Shown piece by piece: positions 1-9,985 of a stretch of DNA of 64,000 nucleotides (within the stretch, counting starts at the first letter, position 1; each line of letters opens with the position of its first letter). The stretch spans positions 128,001 through 192,000 of the forward strand of contig JAEOSU010000072.1 in assembly GCA_016840165.1 (NCBI GenBank). Direction: 5' to 3'. The DNA comes from Promethearchaeota archaeon (GTDB lineage: Archaea; Asgardarchaeota; Lokiarchaeia; Sigyniarchaeales; SOKP01). Made by a program: the position numbers and the translations under genes. Below the pieces are notes generated by a model. It saw only the letters and a program-made list of their open reading frames with translations, was not told the DNA's origin and did not search any database.

Positions 1-1
1 T

Positions 2-184
2 TATGGTATATTTAAGTTAGACGGTGCAGATACATATATGATGCATTTCGTAGATGAAACTGATCATACTAAATTTAAAATTGGCCAACGAGTAGAAGCA
101 GTTTTTAAAGAAGAGAGAGAAGGTAATTTAGGAGATATTCCCTATTTTAAAATTGTTCGAGAAGAAACGGAGGGAGAAAAATGA
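2..184 (+). CDS. DUF35 (Zn-ribbon/OB-fold) protein, C-terminal part, truncated by window edge
   Basis: Manual translation YGIFKLDGADTYMMHFVDETDHTKFKIGQRVEAVFKEEREGNLGDIPYFK...; parallels the C-terminus of 181..633; TGA 182-184 overlaps the next ATG (ATGA coupling). Confidence 0.88.
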   Translation, partial: YGIFKLDGADTYMMHFVDETDHTKFKIGQRVEAVFKEEREGNLGDIPYFKIVREETEGEK

Positions 185-633
185 GTGATGATATGGAGAA
201 AAAAGTATTTAAAGGGAGGATTAAAGTCCCTTATAAACATACAGCAGGAGCCTATGTAGAGAAGTTTATAACGGATATTGGGAAAAGTAATAAAATTGTA
301 GGCGATAAGTGTCCAAATTGTGGTTTAATCTATGTACCTCCTAAAATGATCTGCTTTAAATGCTTTGAAAAGATGGAGGAATGGGTTGAAGTAGGAAATA
401 AAGGCACTGTTAAAGGATTCACGGTTATTACCCATTCTACCCCAGTTATGCCCTTAGAACCACCATTCGCCTATGCATTGATTACTCTTGACGGATCAAC
501 CACAGATATAATTCATCTCATCAAAGAAACAGATCCGAAGAAACTTAAAGAGGGGATGAGAGTCGAGGCTGTATTCAAAGAAAAGCCTCGGAAAAGAATC
601 ACAGATATCGAGTACTTTAAAATAATTGATTAG
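181..633 (+). CDS. DUF35 Zn-ribbon/OB-fold protein (thiolase-associated)
   Basis: CPNC..VPP..CFKC ribbon followed by OB-fold motifs LDG and GMRVEAVF. Confidence 0.92.
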   Translation: MSDDMEKKVFKGRIKVPYKHTAGAYVEKFITDIGKSNKIVGDKCPNCGLIYVPPKMICFKCFEKMEEWVEVGNKGTVKGFTVITHSTPVMPLEPPFAYALITLDGSTTDIIHLIKETDPKKLKEGMRVEAVFKEKPRKRITDIEYFKIID

Positions 634-787
634 ATTTGATTATAATATTTATTTTCTTTTTTTTTTGTATTTTCTCTAGTTAATGACCAATTGAGGGATT
701 TTATACCAACTCATCAAAATTAATAAACTATATTTTTAGCTCGATCCTAGTTATAATTATTAAATTAAATATAATATATGAAAAATT

Positions 788-1612
788 ATGAGCGATAATG
801 TAGTTTTAATTGAGGAAAATGAAGATAATACCATCACTACCATCAAATTAAATCGCTTAGACAAAAAAAATGCGATAAATTACGACTTAATGGTTGGATT
901 TCAAAAAGCCATTGATCAAGTGGAACGATCTAATGCGAGAGTTGTGATTATTACTGGTGGAGATGATCTATTCAGTTCGGGCATTGATTTAAATTTCTTA
1001 ACTGGACAAGAAAGAGATCCAGAAGGAGTAATTCCAGATTTACGAATTCCTCGCAATTTTCGATATTTTGCAAATACATGGATTCATCCTATTTTTACCA
1101 AAATTGAGAAAATGGAAAAGCCTGTAATCGCAAAAATCAATGGCTATTGTTTTGGGATGGCTTTTGAACTCGCGTTAGCATGTGACTTTCGATTTTGTAC
1201 TGAATCAGCTCAATTCCATATGTTAGAAAGCAAGATTGGTATGAATCCAGATGTGGGCGGTTCTATTCGCTTAACACGTATAGTAGGAATTCAAAATGCT
1301 AAAGATATCATTTTAACGGGACGAAGATTCGATGGAGATGAAGCTTATCGGCTGGGAGTGGTTAATCGTGTGGCAAAGACCCATGAGGAATTAGATTCAA
1401 TTATTAAAATGTACACGGATGAGCTAATGACGAGTGGTCCATTAGCCATAGGTCTTGCGAAAAAGTTAATAGATGACTGCTATGGAAAGGATACTGCCTT
1501 GGGATTAGAACTTGAAACCCTTGTTAGCTCTCAGCTACTTCAAACTAAAGACGCAGTTAATGCCGCTTTAGCGCGACTTACTAAAACAAAACCTAAATGG
1601 AAATGGAAATAA
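788..1612 (+). CDS. Crotonase family enoyl-CoA hydratase/isomerase
   Basis: NRLDKKNA, FSSGIDL, GMAFELALACD, LESKIGMNPDVGG. Confidence 0.93.
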   Translation: MSDNVVLIEENEDNTITTIKLNRLDKKNAINYDLMVGFQKAIDQVERSNARVVIITGGDDLFSSGIDLNFLTGQERDPEGVIPDLRIPRNFRYFANTWIHPIFTKIEKMEKPVIAKINGYCFGMAFELALACDFRFCTESAQFHMLESKIGMNPDVGGSIRLTRIVGIQNAKDIILTGRRFDGDEAYRLGVVNRVAKTHEELDSIIKMYTDELMTSGPLAIGLAKKLIDDCYGKDTALGLELETLVSSQLLQTKDAVNAALARLTKTKPKWKWK

Positions 1613-1668
1613 TCTATTTTTCAACTTTATTTTTTAATTTTTTTAGATAAAAAAAAGAAAAAGTTCAA

Positions 1669-2880
1669 TTAGAAATCTATATTTTTTCCTTCGTAGGCGT
1701 ACCTATAAAGATTTTCGAAATCTGCTTTGGAAGGTAATCGGGGTGCCATAGAGCCACTTGCATCTTGAAAACATAAATTTACTAAAGAGTTAAGATTGTT
1801 TTCTAAATCTTCCTTGGAAATATCAACATCTTGTATTTTTTCGGGAAATCCCACCTTTTTATATAATTCTTTTAGTTTTTCTAGTACAGTCTCCGCGGCT
1901 TTTTGATCATTATCATCCCATTTTGCCCATCCTAGTTGTTTTGCTAATTTAGAATAGATAATTGTAGAGAGATCATCCTTATCAGGATTATTTAAGCAAT
2001 ATTGCGTTACATACTTCAGCATAAGGCCAACACATTTTCCATGAGGCTTTTGAAAGACGGCACCGAGACAATGGCCCATAGTATGACCAAGATGGACGTT
2101 TCCATTGCCAAATGCTAATCCTGCCATCGTAGCTGCTTGATGTAAATTATCTCTGGCTTCTACGTTCGTTCCCTCTTTATATGCAATAGGCAAGAAGCGA
2201 AAAACTAATTCGATTGCTTTGGTGGCTAATGCATTACTGAACTCATTTCTTCCATTAGCAATCAATGCCTCCATCGAATGAGCTAAAACATCCATACCAG
2301 TATCCACAGTCAAGCTAGAGGGCATTCCCATAGGGAAGATCGGATCTAAAATCGAATAACTAGGCACTAATCCCTTATGGGCTTGAATAAGTTTTTGCCA
2401 TACTCCATTATTTTCCCTTGATACGACGGCAGCATATGTTACATCAGCTCCAGTTCCAGAAGTTGTAGGGATTGCGATTAACTTTGCTTTTTTACCAAGT
2501 TCATACAAATCATTATTGAAGATATGTATATCGTCAATTCCATAATTCGGATACTCATACATTACCCATACTCCTTTAGATGTATCTATTACTGAACCGC
2601 CTCCTAAAGCGATGATCAAATCAGGTTCATAAGCTAAACACTTTTCTTTCGCATTTAAAACAATCTGTTCCTTTGGATCGGGTTTAACTTGATTAAATAC
2701 TTCATAAGTTTTTCCAAAGTTATCTAACTTATCCGTCAAAATCTTAAGATAACCAAGATCTTCTATTATTTTATCAGTAACTATAAAACATTTAGTACCC
2801 TTGATGTTTTCTAAAAAGTCTATTGCTTCTTCCCCATATATTATATTTGGACTGTAAAAATACCACATTAATTTTATCAT
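1669..2880 (-). CDS. Iron-containing alcohol dehydrogenase
   Basis: ALGGGSVID, IPTTSGTG, DVLAH, HLGH and PHG metal-ligand motifs. Confidence 0.93.
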   Translation of the reverse strand: MIKLMWYFYSPNIIYGEEAIDFLENIKGTKCFIVTDKIIEDLGYLKILTDKLDNFGKTYEVFNQVKPDPKEQIVLNAKEKCLAYEPDLIIALGGGSVIDTSKGVWVMYEYPNYGIDDIHIFNNDLYELGKKAKLIAIPTTSGTGADVTYAAVVSRENNGVWQKLIQAHKGLVPSYSILDPIFPMGMPSSLTVDTGMDVLAHSMEALIANGRNEFSNALATKAIELVFRFLPIAYKEGTNVEARDNLHQAATMAGLAFGNGNVHLGHTMGHCLGAVFQKPHGKCVGLMLKYVTQYCLNNPDKDDLSTIIYSKLAKQLGWAKWDDNDQKAAETVLEKLKELYKKVGFPEKIQDVDISKEDLENNLNSLVNLCFQDASGSMAPRLPSKADFENLYRYAYEGKNIDF

Positions 2881-2920
2881 CTCCTATTAAAATAGAAAAA
2901 AAGAATAAAATTTCAAATAT

Positions 2921-3331
2921 CTATAAAAATTCTGTATCAACATTTTGTAAACTATTCACAATCTCTTGGGCTGCTCGTGTTGCTCGCATCAATTTAGCCA
3001 TGTTTCCGACAAGTCTTAGCTTTCCAGACATAACACCTTGAATAGTGTCCAATTCTTTCTTAGCAATCTTAACCCAGTTTCCATAAGGACCCGAAAGTGT
3101 AAATTCTGCCTCCGGTTCCTCACCCTCTTCTAATAACTTAACTCCTGTGCACTCACCATGAAAAAGTCCGAGAAGAAAACGTACTTCATGATCTAAAGGA
3201 CCATCAGGCTCTATTACACAAATCATATCCCCTTCCCACCAAGAAGCAGACTCCTTATAAGCGGGATTGTCATTTATGGCTTGTCCAAAGGCATCTAACC
3301 ATTCTGTCGTTAAAATTTTCAATTTATTCAC
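2921..3331 (-). CDS. SCP2 (sterol carrier protein 2)-like lipid-binding protein
   Basis: C-terminal MSGKLRLVGNM motif; the true start is probably TTG at 3322, downstream of a GGTGA SD. Confidence 0.88.
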   Translation of the reverse strand: MNKLKILTTEWLDAFGQAINDNPAYKESASWWEGDMICVIEPDGPLDHEVRFLLGLFHGECTGVKLLEEGEEPEAEFTLSGPYGNWVKIAKKELDTIQGVMSGKLRLVGNMAKLMRATRAAQEIVNSLQNVDTEFL

Positions 3332-3399
3332 CTTATCTATTACTTGAAAGTAATTTTTGTATAATAATTATTCTTAGTTTTTAATGTTTATAAAACCAT

Positions 3400-4587
3400 T
3401 CAAGTGTAGGTTAAATCTAAATGGACGTCAGTTATGGGATATGAGACACAAGGATGAATAAATCCAAAATCATTATCGACTTCTCTTACTGTCACTTCAG
3501 GAGGAACAAACACATTGCCTTTTAAGAGTTTAGTTCTACATAATGCGCACTCTCCAGAACGACAACCATTATCAATAGTAATTTGTGAGTTCTTAAACCC
3601 TTCTATACTATTAAGAAGTGGTTCTACACAATATACTTCAAATTCTTGATTCTCTATCTCTTTTGTTCCGCGAAAAGATACGGTCACCTTTACTTTTTTA
3701 GAAGAATCTATATTACTTGGCCATCCCATTACTTGTGTGATATCCTCAGGAACTCCAAATGCCTCATAATATATTTTGTGTCTAGGTACTCCCATCTCGT
3801 TAAGCTCATTTTCAATGAATTTGTACATCGGTCGATTTCCCACTACATAAAAATATTTATCCTTGAATGATCCAATTTGAGTTATTATTTTATCTTTCGT
3901 TATAAAACCGCATTCTCCCTTCCAATCTGCCGCAGGTTCAGAAAGAATATGAGTAATTGTGATATTCGATCGTCTTGATAGAATTTCTCTTAGTTCTTCG
4001 TTAAATAGTATATCCTTTTCAGTAACACATCCATATAAAAGTATGATCTTAATAGGAACTGCTCTCTCTGTTATGTCTCTCAACATTGAAATAAATGGTG
4101 TTATCCCGCACCCTCCCGCAATGAAAACCAAATTTTTTCCATGGAACAGAGGATTATAATACAGATTACCTAAGGGTTCCGTACTTACAAATATATCCCC
4201 TATTTGAGCATTATGATACAAGAAAGGACTTACAAAACCCCCTTCTTTTTTTCGAATCCCTAGTTCATAATATGCTAATTGATTTGGAGATGATACTAAG
4301 GAATATGGACGGGAGGTTCGAACGCTATTGATATTTACAGTTAAACCAATATATGAGCCCGCTCGAAACGGAGCAAGAGGTTTGTCTGGGTTTGCAGAGA
4401 TAAATCGATATAGTTTAGTGTCATAGGAGAGATCTTTAATATCTGTTAATTTTAATAGTTGGCTTGTTGGATGAATTCTATCACATAATTTTTCAAGTCC
4501 GTCATAATACCAAGGAATAGGTTGATTCTTTTCACGCAATTTTTTCTCTTTCTCAGCTTTCTGGTACTTTTTGATATCTTCCATCAT
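3400..4587 (-). CDS. FNR-type FAD/NAD(P)H reductase with C-terminal 2Fe-2S ferredoxin
   Basis: RPYSL, GGFVS, FIAGGCGITP, YEAF, CRSGECALC...HPC. Confidence 0.92.
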   Translation of the reverse strand: MMEDIKKYQKAEKEKKLREKNQPIPWYYDGLEKLCDRIHPTSQLLKLTDIKDLSYDTKLYRFISANPDKPLAPFRAGSYIGLTVNINSVRTSRPYSLVSSPNQLAYYELGIRKKEGGFVSPFLYHNAQIGDIFVSTEPLGNLYYNPLFHGKNLVFIAGGCGITPFISMLRDITERAVPIKIILLYGCVTEKDILFNEELREILSRRSNITITHILSEPAADWKGECGFITKDKIITQIGSFKDKYFYVVGNRPMYKFIENELNEMGVPRHKIYYEAFGVPEDITQVMGWPSNIDSSKKVKVTVSFRGTKEIENQEFEVYCVEPLLNSIEGFKNSQITIDNGCRSGECALCRTKLLKGNVFVPPEVTVREVDNDFGFIHPCVSYPITDVHLDLTYT

Positions 4588-4590
4588 TTT

Positions 4591-6144
4591 TTACCACCTG
4601 CCCTCTATTTTATCTTTAAGATACATACCCGCAGCAATCCGCCCTCCCAATATAGAAGTAGAAAATCCACCTCCAAAATTAGTCCACGCACCTACTTGAT
4701 ATAAACCGGGAATCGCTCCCCTACTTTTTAGTCTAAGTAATGGCCCATTAGTCACATCTTGAGTAGTCCCATAGATAGCTCCTTCAATGTTCTTAGAATA
4801 ACGATAATAAGTCAAGGGGGTTGCTGCAACCGCCACCTCTATGTAATCTCTTATCTCTGGACAAATAGTACTTTCTATTAAAGAAATCATACTATCCGCA
4901 ATCTCATCTTTTAATTTAAAATATTGATCGGGACTTACACTCTGCCAAAGTTTACCCATTTGAAGTGTAGTTAATACTAGTTGGGTAGTTCCAGGAGGAG
5001 ATATATCTTCATAGATGTGATTGTAACATGCTGCAACAATATATTTAGGTTGTTCTAACTTAAAGAAGGATTCAAAACATCGATTCATATCATAAGATTC
5101 ATTAACAAATGTCTCGTGAGCAGTTAATCCCAGTTTTTTATAAGATGCATTCAATCCAATATATACCGAAAAACCAGAGGGTCCTATTTGGGGAGCATAT
5201 ATAGCTTTTTTATAACTTTCTGGGACAACTTCTGGAGGTAACATTTTCATTGTCGTGCATATTGGATTTACGTTTGAGATCACAGCATTTGATAAGTATA
5301 TGTCCCCATTAAGTAATTCTACACCACAAGTTCTTCCATCTTTCACAAGTATTCTATTAACCAATGCATTATATCTTATTTCACCCCCTCGCTCTTCGAA
5401 AGCTTTTACAATGGCATTGGTAAGTGAATGTGAACGTCCTACAGGAAATGCCGCTCCCCAGTTTAAATAAAATATAAGCATAGCTACGAATGCATATGCA
5501 TTCATTCTGTCAGGAGGAAGTCCGATATACCCCCATAATTGAGACATTAATGAGATTAATTTCTTGTCTGAAAAGAATTTTTCATATAATTCTGCGAGCG
5601 TAAGTCCTGATACCCGTGGAAGCCAAGGATGTTCTTTAAGCACTTCTTGGGGTACAAATTTCCCCCCTTTAGAAGCAATATACTCAATTCCAGCTAACAC
5701 TGCCTTACACATATCCATAAATTCTTCTATCCCCTTCTCTTCCGCAGGAAATAACTCAATTAGTTTATTTTTATACTCTTCAAAACCAAGTGGCATTGTT
5801 TCGTCAAAACCATCCAAATAAACACTTCTATAAAACTCAGGTACTTGTTTAAAGGTCAATTTATCGGGCACAACACCTAGACGCTCAAGATATCGATATA
5901 AAGCCCCTTTATTGTCCTCTGTACCAATATCACTTAATTCATGAAGAGCGCCTTCAAATTCGAATCTACCACGCACAAAAGAAGTCGCAAAACCACCTGG
6001 AACATTGTGTTTTTCAAGTAATAATACTTTTTCTCCCTTTAACACCAATTGCGAAGCTGCTCCTAAACCTCCTAACCCAGCACCGATTACGATAACGGGA
6101 TATTTAGATATAACTCGACTTTCATCAAAATTAACATTAGCCAT
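4591..6144 (-). CDS. Phytoene desaturase (CrtI)/retinol saturase-like FAD oxidoreductase
   Basis: GAGLGGL dinucleotide motif, LEKHNVPGG, ATPLT, GAIYG, IPGLYQVGAW..GGG. Confidence 0.88.
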   Translation of the reverse strand: MANVNFDESRVISKYPVIVIGAGLGGLGAASQLVLKGEKVLLLEKHNVPGGFATSFVRGRFEFEGALHELSDIGTEDNKGALYRYLERLGVVPDKLTFKQVPEFYRSVYLDGFDETMPLGFEEYKNKLIELFPAEEKGIEEFMDMCKAVLAGIEYIASKGGKFVPQEVLKEHPWLPRVSGLTLAELYEKFFSDKKLISLMSQLWGYIGLPPDRMNAYAFVAMLIFYLNWGAAFPVGRSHSLTNAIVKAFEERGGEIRYNALVNRILVKDGRTCGVELLNGDIYLSNAVISNVNPICTTMKMLPPEVVPESYKKAIYAPQIGPSGFSVYIGLNASYKKLGLTAHETFVNESYDMNRCFESFFKLEQPKYIVAACYNHIYEDISPPGTTQLVLTTLQMGKLWQSVSPDQYFKLKDEIADSMISLIESTICPEIRDYIEVAVAATPLTYYRYSKNIEGAIYGTTQDVTNGPLLRLKSRGAIPGLYQVGAWTNFGGGFSTSILGGRIAAGMYLKDKIEGRW

Positions 6145-6235
6145 AAAGATATTTCTACCAGATAATTATTAAAGATATGGTTTTGTTAAGGAAGTATTAA
6201 ATTATACAATAAAGTTAGCAATAAAATAAATGGTT

Positions 6236-7057
6236 CTAACGCCCAATAAAATGAGGCTCATGTTTTTCTTTAAGAGCATTCATCGATTCCATAAAATCCT
6301 TTGAACGGAATGTTTTTCGTAATCCCTTATTCTCCAAATCCAAGGTTTGTTCAAGAATGGGGATAAAATATGCATGCATTGTCTTTTTCATTAATTTTAT
6401 AGATAAACTTGGTCCATTTGGTGGGATGAGTTTTAATGCTTGTTCTCTTGCATAGGGTATCAATTGTTCCTTTGGTAAAACTTTATTTACTAATCCTAAT
6501 TCATATGCTTTTTGAGCAGAGATTTCCTCACCGAAGAAACAGATCTCTTTTGCTTTTTGAAAGCCGATCAGAAAAGGTAAGATAAAATTTGCTCCAAATT
6601 CTGGGATGATAGCTCTTTTTCCAAAATAGAAGCCTAGCCAAGCATCCTCGGCCATATAAATTAAATCAGCCCCGGATAAGGGCATAGTAATGGCTCCACC
6701 TATAGCTAATCCATTTATTGCGACAATTACAGGTTTATAGAACGTCCAAAGTCTCATACATAATTTCTTTTGGGCTATGTCCATTAGATCAATTTCTGCT
6801 CTTACTTCCTTATGAACTTTTTTAAAGAAATCAGGTTCGAAAAACCCACCAGATGAGAAAGCATTCCCCTCAGGATTTCCTGTAATGATTAAAACTCGTG
6901 CTTTTTCATCATTTTCCATATCATTTATAGCAGTAAACATTTCTAAAAAAGTAAGGTATGATACGGCATTTCTCCTTTCAGCTTTGTTTAGAGTAATAGT
7001 ACATATTCCATTATCTTCCTTATCATACAGAATATCTTCAAAATCTTCTATATTCAT
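6236..7057 (-). CDS. Crotonase family protein
   Basis: RRNA, FSSGG, VAINGLAIGG, AYELGLVNKV; both canonical hydratase Glu positions appear substituted. Confidence 0.9.
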   Translation of the reverse strand: MNIEDFEDILYDKEDNGICTITLNKAERRNAVSYLTFLEMFTAINDMENDEKARVLIITGNPEGNAFSSGGFFEPDFFKKVHKEVRAEIDLMDIAQKKLCMRLWTFYKPVIVAINGLAIGGAITMPLSGADLIYMAEDAWLGFYFGKRAIIPEFGANFILPFLIGFQKAKEICFFGEEISAQKAYELGLVNKVLPKEQLIPYAREQALKLIPPNGPSLSIKLMKKTMHAYFIPILEQTLDLENKGLRKTFRSKDFMESMNALKEKHEPHFIGR

Positions 7058-7142
7058 TTTTAAATCAAATTGTAACTTATATTTTTGAACTTCAAATTTA
7101 GATTAGTAAAATAAAAAAATTTAAAAAAAGATTACTAAAAGT

Positions 7143-8840
7143 CTATTCTTCTCTTAAAGCTTTCTTTTGAACTTTTCCAACTAATGTAAGAGGTAACTCT
7201 TCACGGAATTCCCATATTTTAGGAACTTCATATTTAGATAATTTTTCTTCAGCAAATTCCTGGATTCTCTTTTTCACTTCATCAGATTCTGAAACTCCTT
7301 CCTTTAGTTGCACAACTGCTTTAACAATTTCAGCTCCAGGTCTATCAGGATTAGGTACTCCGATAATTGCTAAGAGTTCTATATCCGGATGCTTAGTCAG
7401 TTGTTCCTCCACATGAACGCTATAGACTTTAAAACCACTTACAATTAACATATCCTTAGTTCGATCTACAATTTTTAAATAACCTTCTTCATCGAATACG
7501 CCCACATCACCAGAGTGAAAATAGCCTTCACTATCAAACGCTGCTTTAGACTCTTCAGGTTTATTATGATACCCCTTTGTTACTTGTGGGCCTCGAATTA
7601 AGATTTCACCGGGTTCCCCAACTCCTAATTCTTTACCAGTATCAACATCAACAATTTTTATTTCTGTATCGCTCAATGGTAATCCAACAGACCCAATTTT
7701 TTTAGTTCCTTTAGCAGGGTTAGCAGTTGCTAAAGGAGATGATTCAGTCATACCATAGACCTCTACAAACTTGTTTTGTGCATGGAAAAATTTTTCAAAT
7801 TCTCTTATAGCCTCCTCCGGAAATGGAGCGGCTCCGCTGACATAGAGAGTAATCTTATCTAAAACATCTACTGGAATATCTTTAGCTTTTGGATTATTCA
7901 TTATCATTAGGAATAATGTTGGGACATTTCCAAAACTCGAAGGTCTCTTATCAATTAATTCCTTAATGATATGATCCGTATCCCTTGGATTAGCAATTAA
8001 GGTCTGTGTTCCTTTTATGAAGGGTAGAAAAAGTCCTATTAAATATCCTGCGATATGGAAGAAAGGAAATGCTGATATTAACACTTCTTTTCCATGTTCC
8101 CTTCCAAGCCACGCATCAAATTGTGTAAGATTGGCGACTAAGTTTGCGTGGGTAATAATAGTACCCTTTGGACGCCCAGTTGTTCCACCAGTATACTGAA
8201 TTAAAGCACGATCTTCATTATTATTGATACTCACCTTTTTTATATCAATTTCAGTTTTGAGTGCTTCTAAGAAAGGAACTACTGTTCTTCCAGGATATGG
8301 TTTCATTTTTCCTTTTGGAATCTTTCCAATTAATTTACCCATAAATACCTTAAAACCGCCAAATCCCATGAATTCAGATATATTAGTGGGGATGATCAAT
8401 TTAAGATCAGGCAATTTATCTAATAGAGGGGTAAGCCGCTTCTCATAAATTATGTCCATTGTTACTATGGCTTTAGCTTTAGAATCCTCTAACTGGTACT
8501 GAATTTCTGGAGCACTCATTAGGGGAGAGCAACCTGAAATGGCTGCTCCGGCCATATATGTTCCATAGACGGCAAATAAATATTGAGGAGTATTGGGGAG
8601 ACAAATTGAAACAATATCACCTTTTTCAATTCCATTTTTTTGTAGGAATGTTGCAAACCTTTGAGAATATTCTAATACCTCTCTATAGGTAATAGCAGCA
8701 TCCATGAAATATATCCCTATCTTATCAGGGAATTCTTTCATATTATTTATTAAAATTGTTCCAAGATCATCAGAAGTGTAATTAAGCGTAGGTTTTACGT
8801 TAGGATCATACGATTTTAACCATAAATTTTTATCTACCAT
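7143..8840 (-). CDS. Long-chain fatty acid--CoA ligase
   Basis: YTGGTTGRPKG AMP-binding motif, YGMTE, SGD, DRTKD, VGKV. Confidence 0.94.
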   Translation of the reverse strand: MVDKNLWLKSYDPNVKPTLNYTSDDLGTILINNMKEFPDKIGIYFMDAAITYREVLEYSQRFATFLQKNGIEKGDIVSICLPNTPQYLFAVYGTYMAGAAISGCSPLMSAPEIQYQLEDSKAKAIVTMDIIYEKRLTPLLDKLPDLKLIIPTNISEFMGFGGFKVFMGKLIGKIPKGKMKPYPGRTVVPFLEALKTEIDIKKVSINNNEDRALIQYTGGTTGRPKGTIITHANLVANLTQFDAWLGREHGKEVLISAFPFFHIAGYLIGLFLPFIKGTQTLIANPRDTDHIIKELIDKRPSSFGNVPTLFLMIMNNPKAKDIPVDVLDKITLYVSGAAPFPEEAIREFEKFFHAQNKFVEVYGMTESSPLATANPAKGTKKIGSVGLPLSDTEIKIVDVDTGKELGVGEPGEILIRGPQVTKGYHNKPEESKAAFDSEGYFHSGDVGVFDEEGYLKIVDRTKDMLIVSGFKVYSVHVEEQLTKHPDIELLAIIGVPNPDRPGAEIVKAVVQLKEGVSESDEVKKRIQEFAEEKLSKYEVPKIWEFREELPLTLVGKVQKKALREE

Positions 8841-8888
8841 TTAAATCATCATTTTTTAGTTTATAATTTAAAATTTCTTTTTAATTTA

Positions 8889-8996
8889 TTATTTTGCTTT
8901 TATTGTTTTTATACATTGATATTTTGTATTTTTATATTCCCACATCTCAGGTGATGGTTTGGTTACAGTATCAGATCGTAAATCTACAACTCTCAT
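8889..8996 (-). pseudogene. ltaE: 5' stub of low-specificity L-threonine aldolase
   Basis: Manual translation MRVVDLRSDTVTKPSPEMWE then AT-rich non-homologous sequence and a stop after 35 aa; DLRSDTVTxP is the conserved N-terminus of the family. Confidence 0.85.
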
Positions 8997-9024
8997 AAAT
9001 ATCAATTAAGTTTTATATTAAGAA

Positions 9025-9055
9025 TGTATAATTTATACACTACATTAAACTTTTC
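9025..9055 (-). promoter_or_regulatory. Putative BRE/TATA plus palindromic operator upstream of the ltaE stub
   Basis: Minus-strand GAAAAGTTTAAT at 9055-9044; perfect palindrome TGTATAA-T-TTATACA at 9025-9039. Confidence 0.4.
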
Positions 9056-9113
9056 AAATTACAGTCTTAAGTAAATAAAGTTTAGAAAAAGAAAATAAAA
9101 ATAGGGATAATAA

Positions 9114-9485
9114 TTATTTAGATTTCAATGCCACAGTTATAGCTCTAGTTAATCTCACGACATCCATTACCTTTCCTCGCTCCACAGTAATTTGCTCTCG
9201 TGATATTGCGTGAGTAAAGTCACCTTTTCCATTACAAATTCTCACAATTGCCTCGGGATCACCTGTCATTACGATATCGGCATCTAGTTTTGTTCCATTT
9301 GATAATATCCCTTTTCGATCATTTATACTTAAATAAAATGGATCCTCATTACTTAGGTTAAATTGAAAGGACATTTTCCAATTAACATCCTTACCAGCTA
9401 CATTCGTGACAAATACGGCTTGTGCTTTCTCATTTTGATTAACTTTCGTGATAATATTCTCTAAATTCTCTTTGGCTGCACCCAT
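9114..9485 (-). CDS. SCP2-like lipid-binding protein
   Basis: FQFNL..PFYL, ADIVMTG, AISREQITV pattern; third gene of a thiolase-DUF35 operon. Confidence 0.8.
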   Translation of the reverse strand: MGAAKENLENIITKVNQNEKAQAVFVTNVAGKDVNWKMSFQFNLSNEDPFYLSINDRKGILSNGTKLDADIVMTGDPEAIVRICNGKGDFTHAISREQITVERGKVMDVVRLTRAITVALKSK

Positions 9486-9488
9486 TAT

Positions 9489-9983
9489 TTACTTCCCTCC
9501 CTCAAATTCAGGTTTTTTAATCCAATTTTCATATTCATCCTCAGGAACAAAAAAGAAATCCGTCATCTTACCTTCTCTTTCTTGTAAGAACACTGCTTTT
9601 ACTCGTCGTCCTTTTTTGACTTTGGATGGCACTAGATTATCTGAAAATATCCCTTGAAGGAATGAAGTTTCCGCACCATCAAGTTTAATAAAGCCTATTG
9701 CATAAGGAATTGCTTTAATAAAGGCAGAAGTAGTATACCATACTATTGTACTGACTTGTATCGTTCCAGTTTGCTTAAGTTCAATCCATTCTGCCGGAGA
9801 ATAACAATCAGAGCAATTAATACGAGGAGGCATCCAAGTCTTACCACATTTTGTACATTTCGTACCTAATAACTTTTTATTATTCATCACTTCTAAAAAA
9901 AATTTAGATTGACCCCCCATTGTATATTTGTAATTTATTTTTATTACATCTCTTATCTGATGTTCGTGAAATTCTTCATTCAT
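9489..9983 (-). CDS. DUF35 Zn-ribbon/OB-fold protein
   Basis: CTKC..MPPRINCSDC, KLDGA, GRRVKAVF. Confidence 0.92.
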   Translation of the reverse strand: MNEEFHEHQIRDVIKINYKYTMGGQSKFFLEVMNNKKLLGTKCTKCGKTWMPPRINCSDCYSPAEWIELKQTGTIQVSTIVWYTTSAFIKAIPYAIGFIKLDGAETSFLQGIFSDNLVPSKVKKGRRVKAVFLQEREGKMTDFFFVPEDEYENWIKKPEFEGGK

Positions 9984-9985
9984 AA

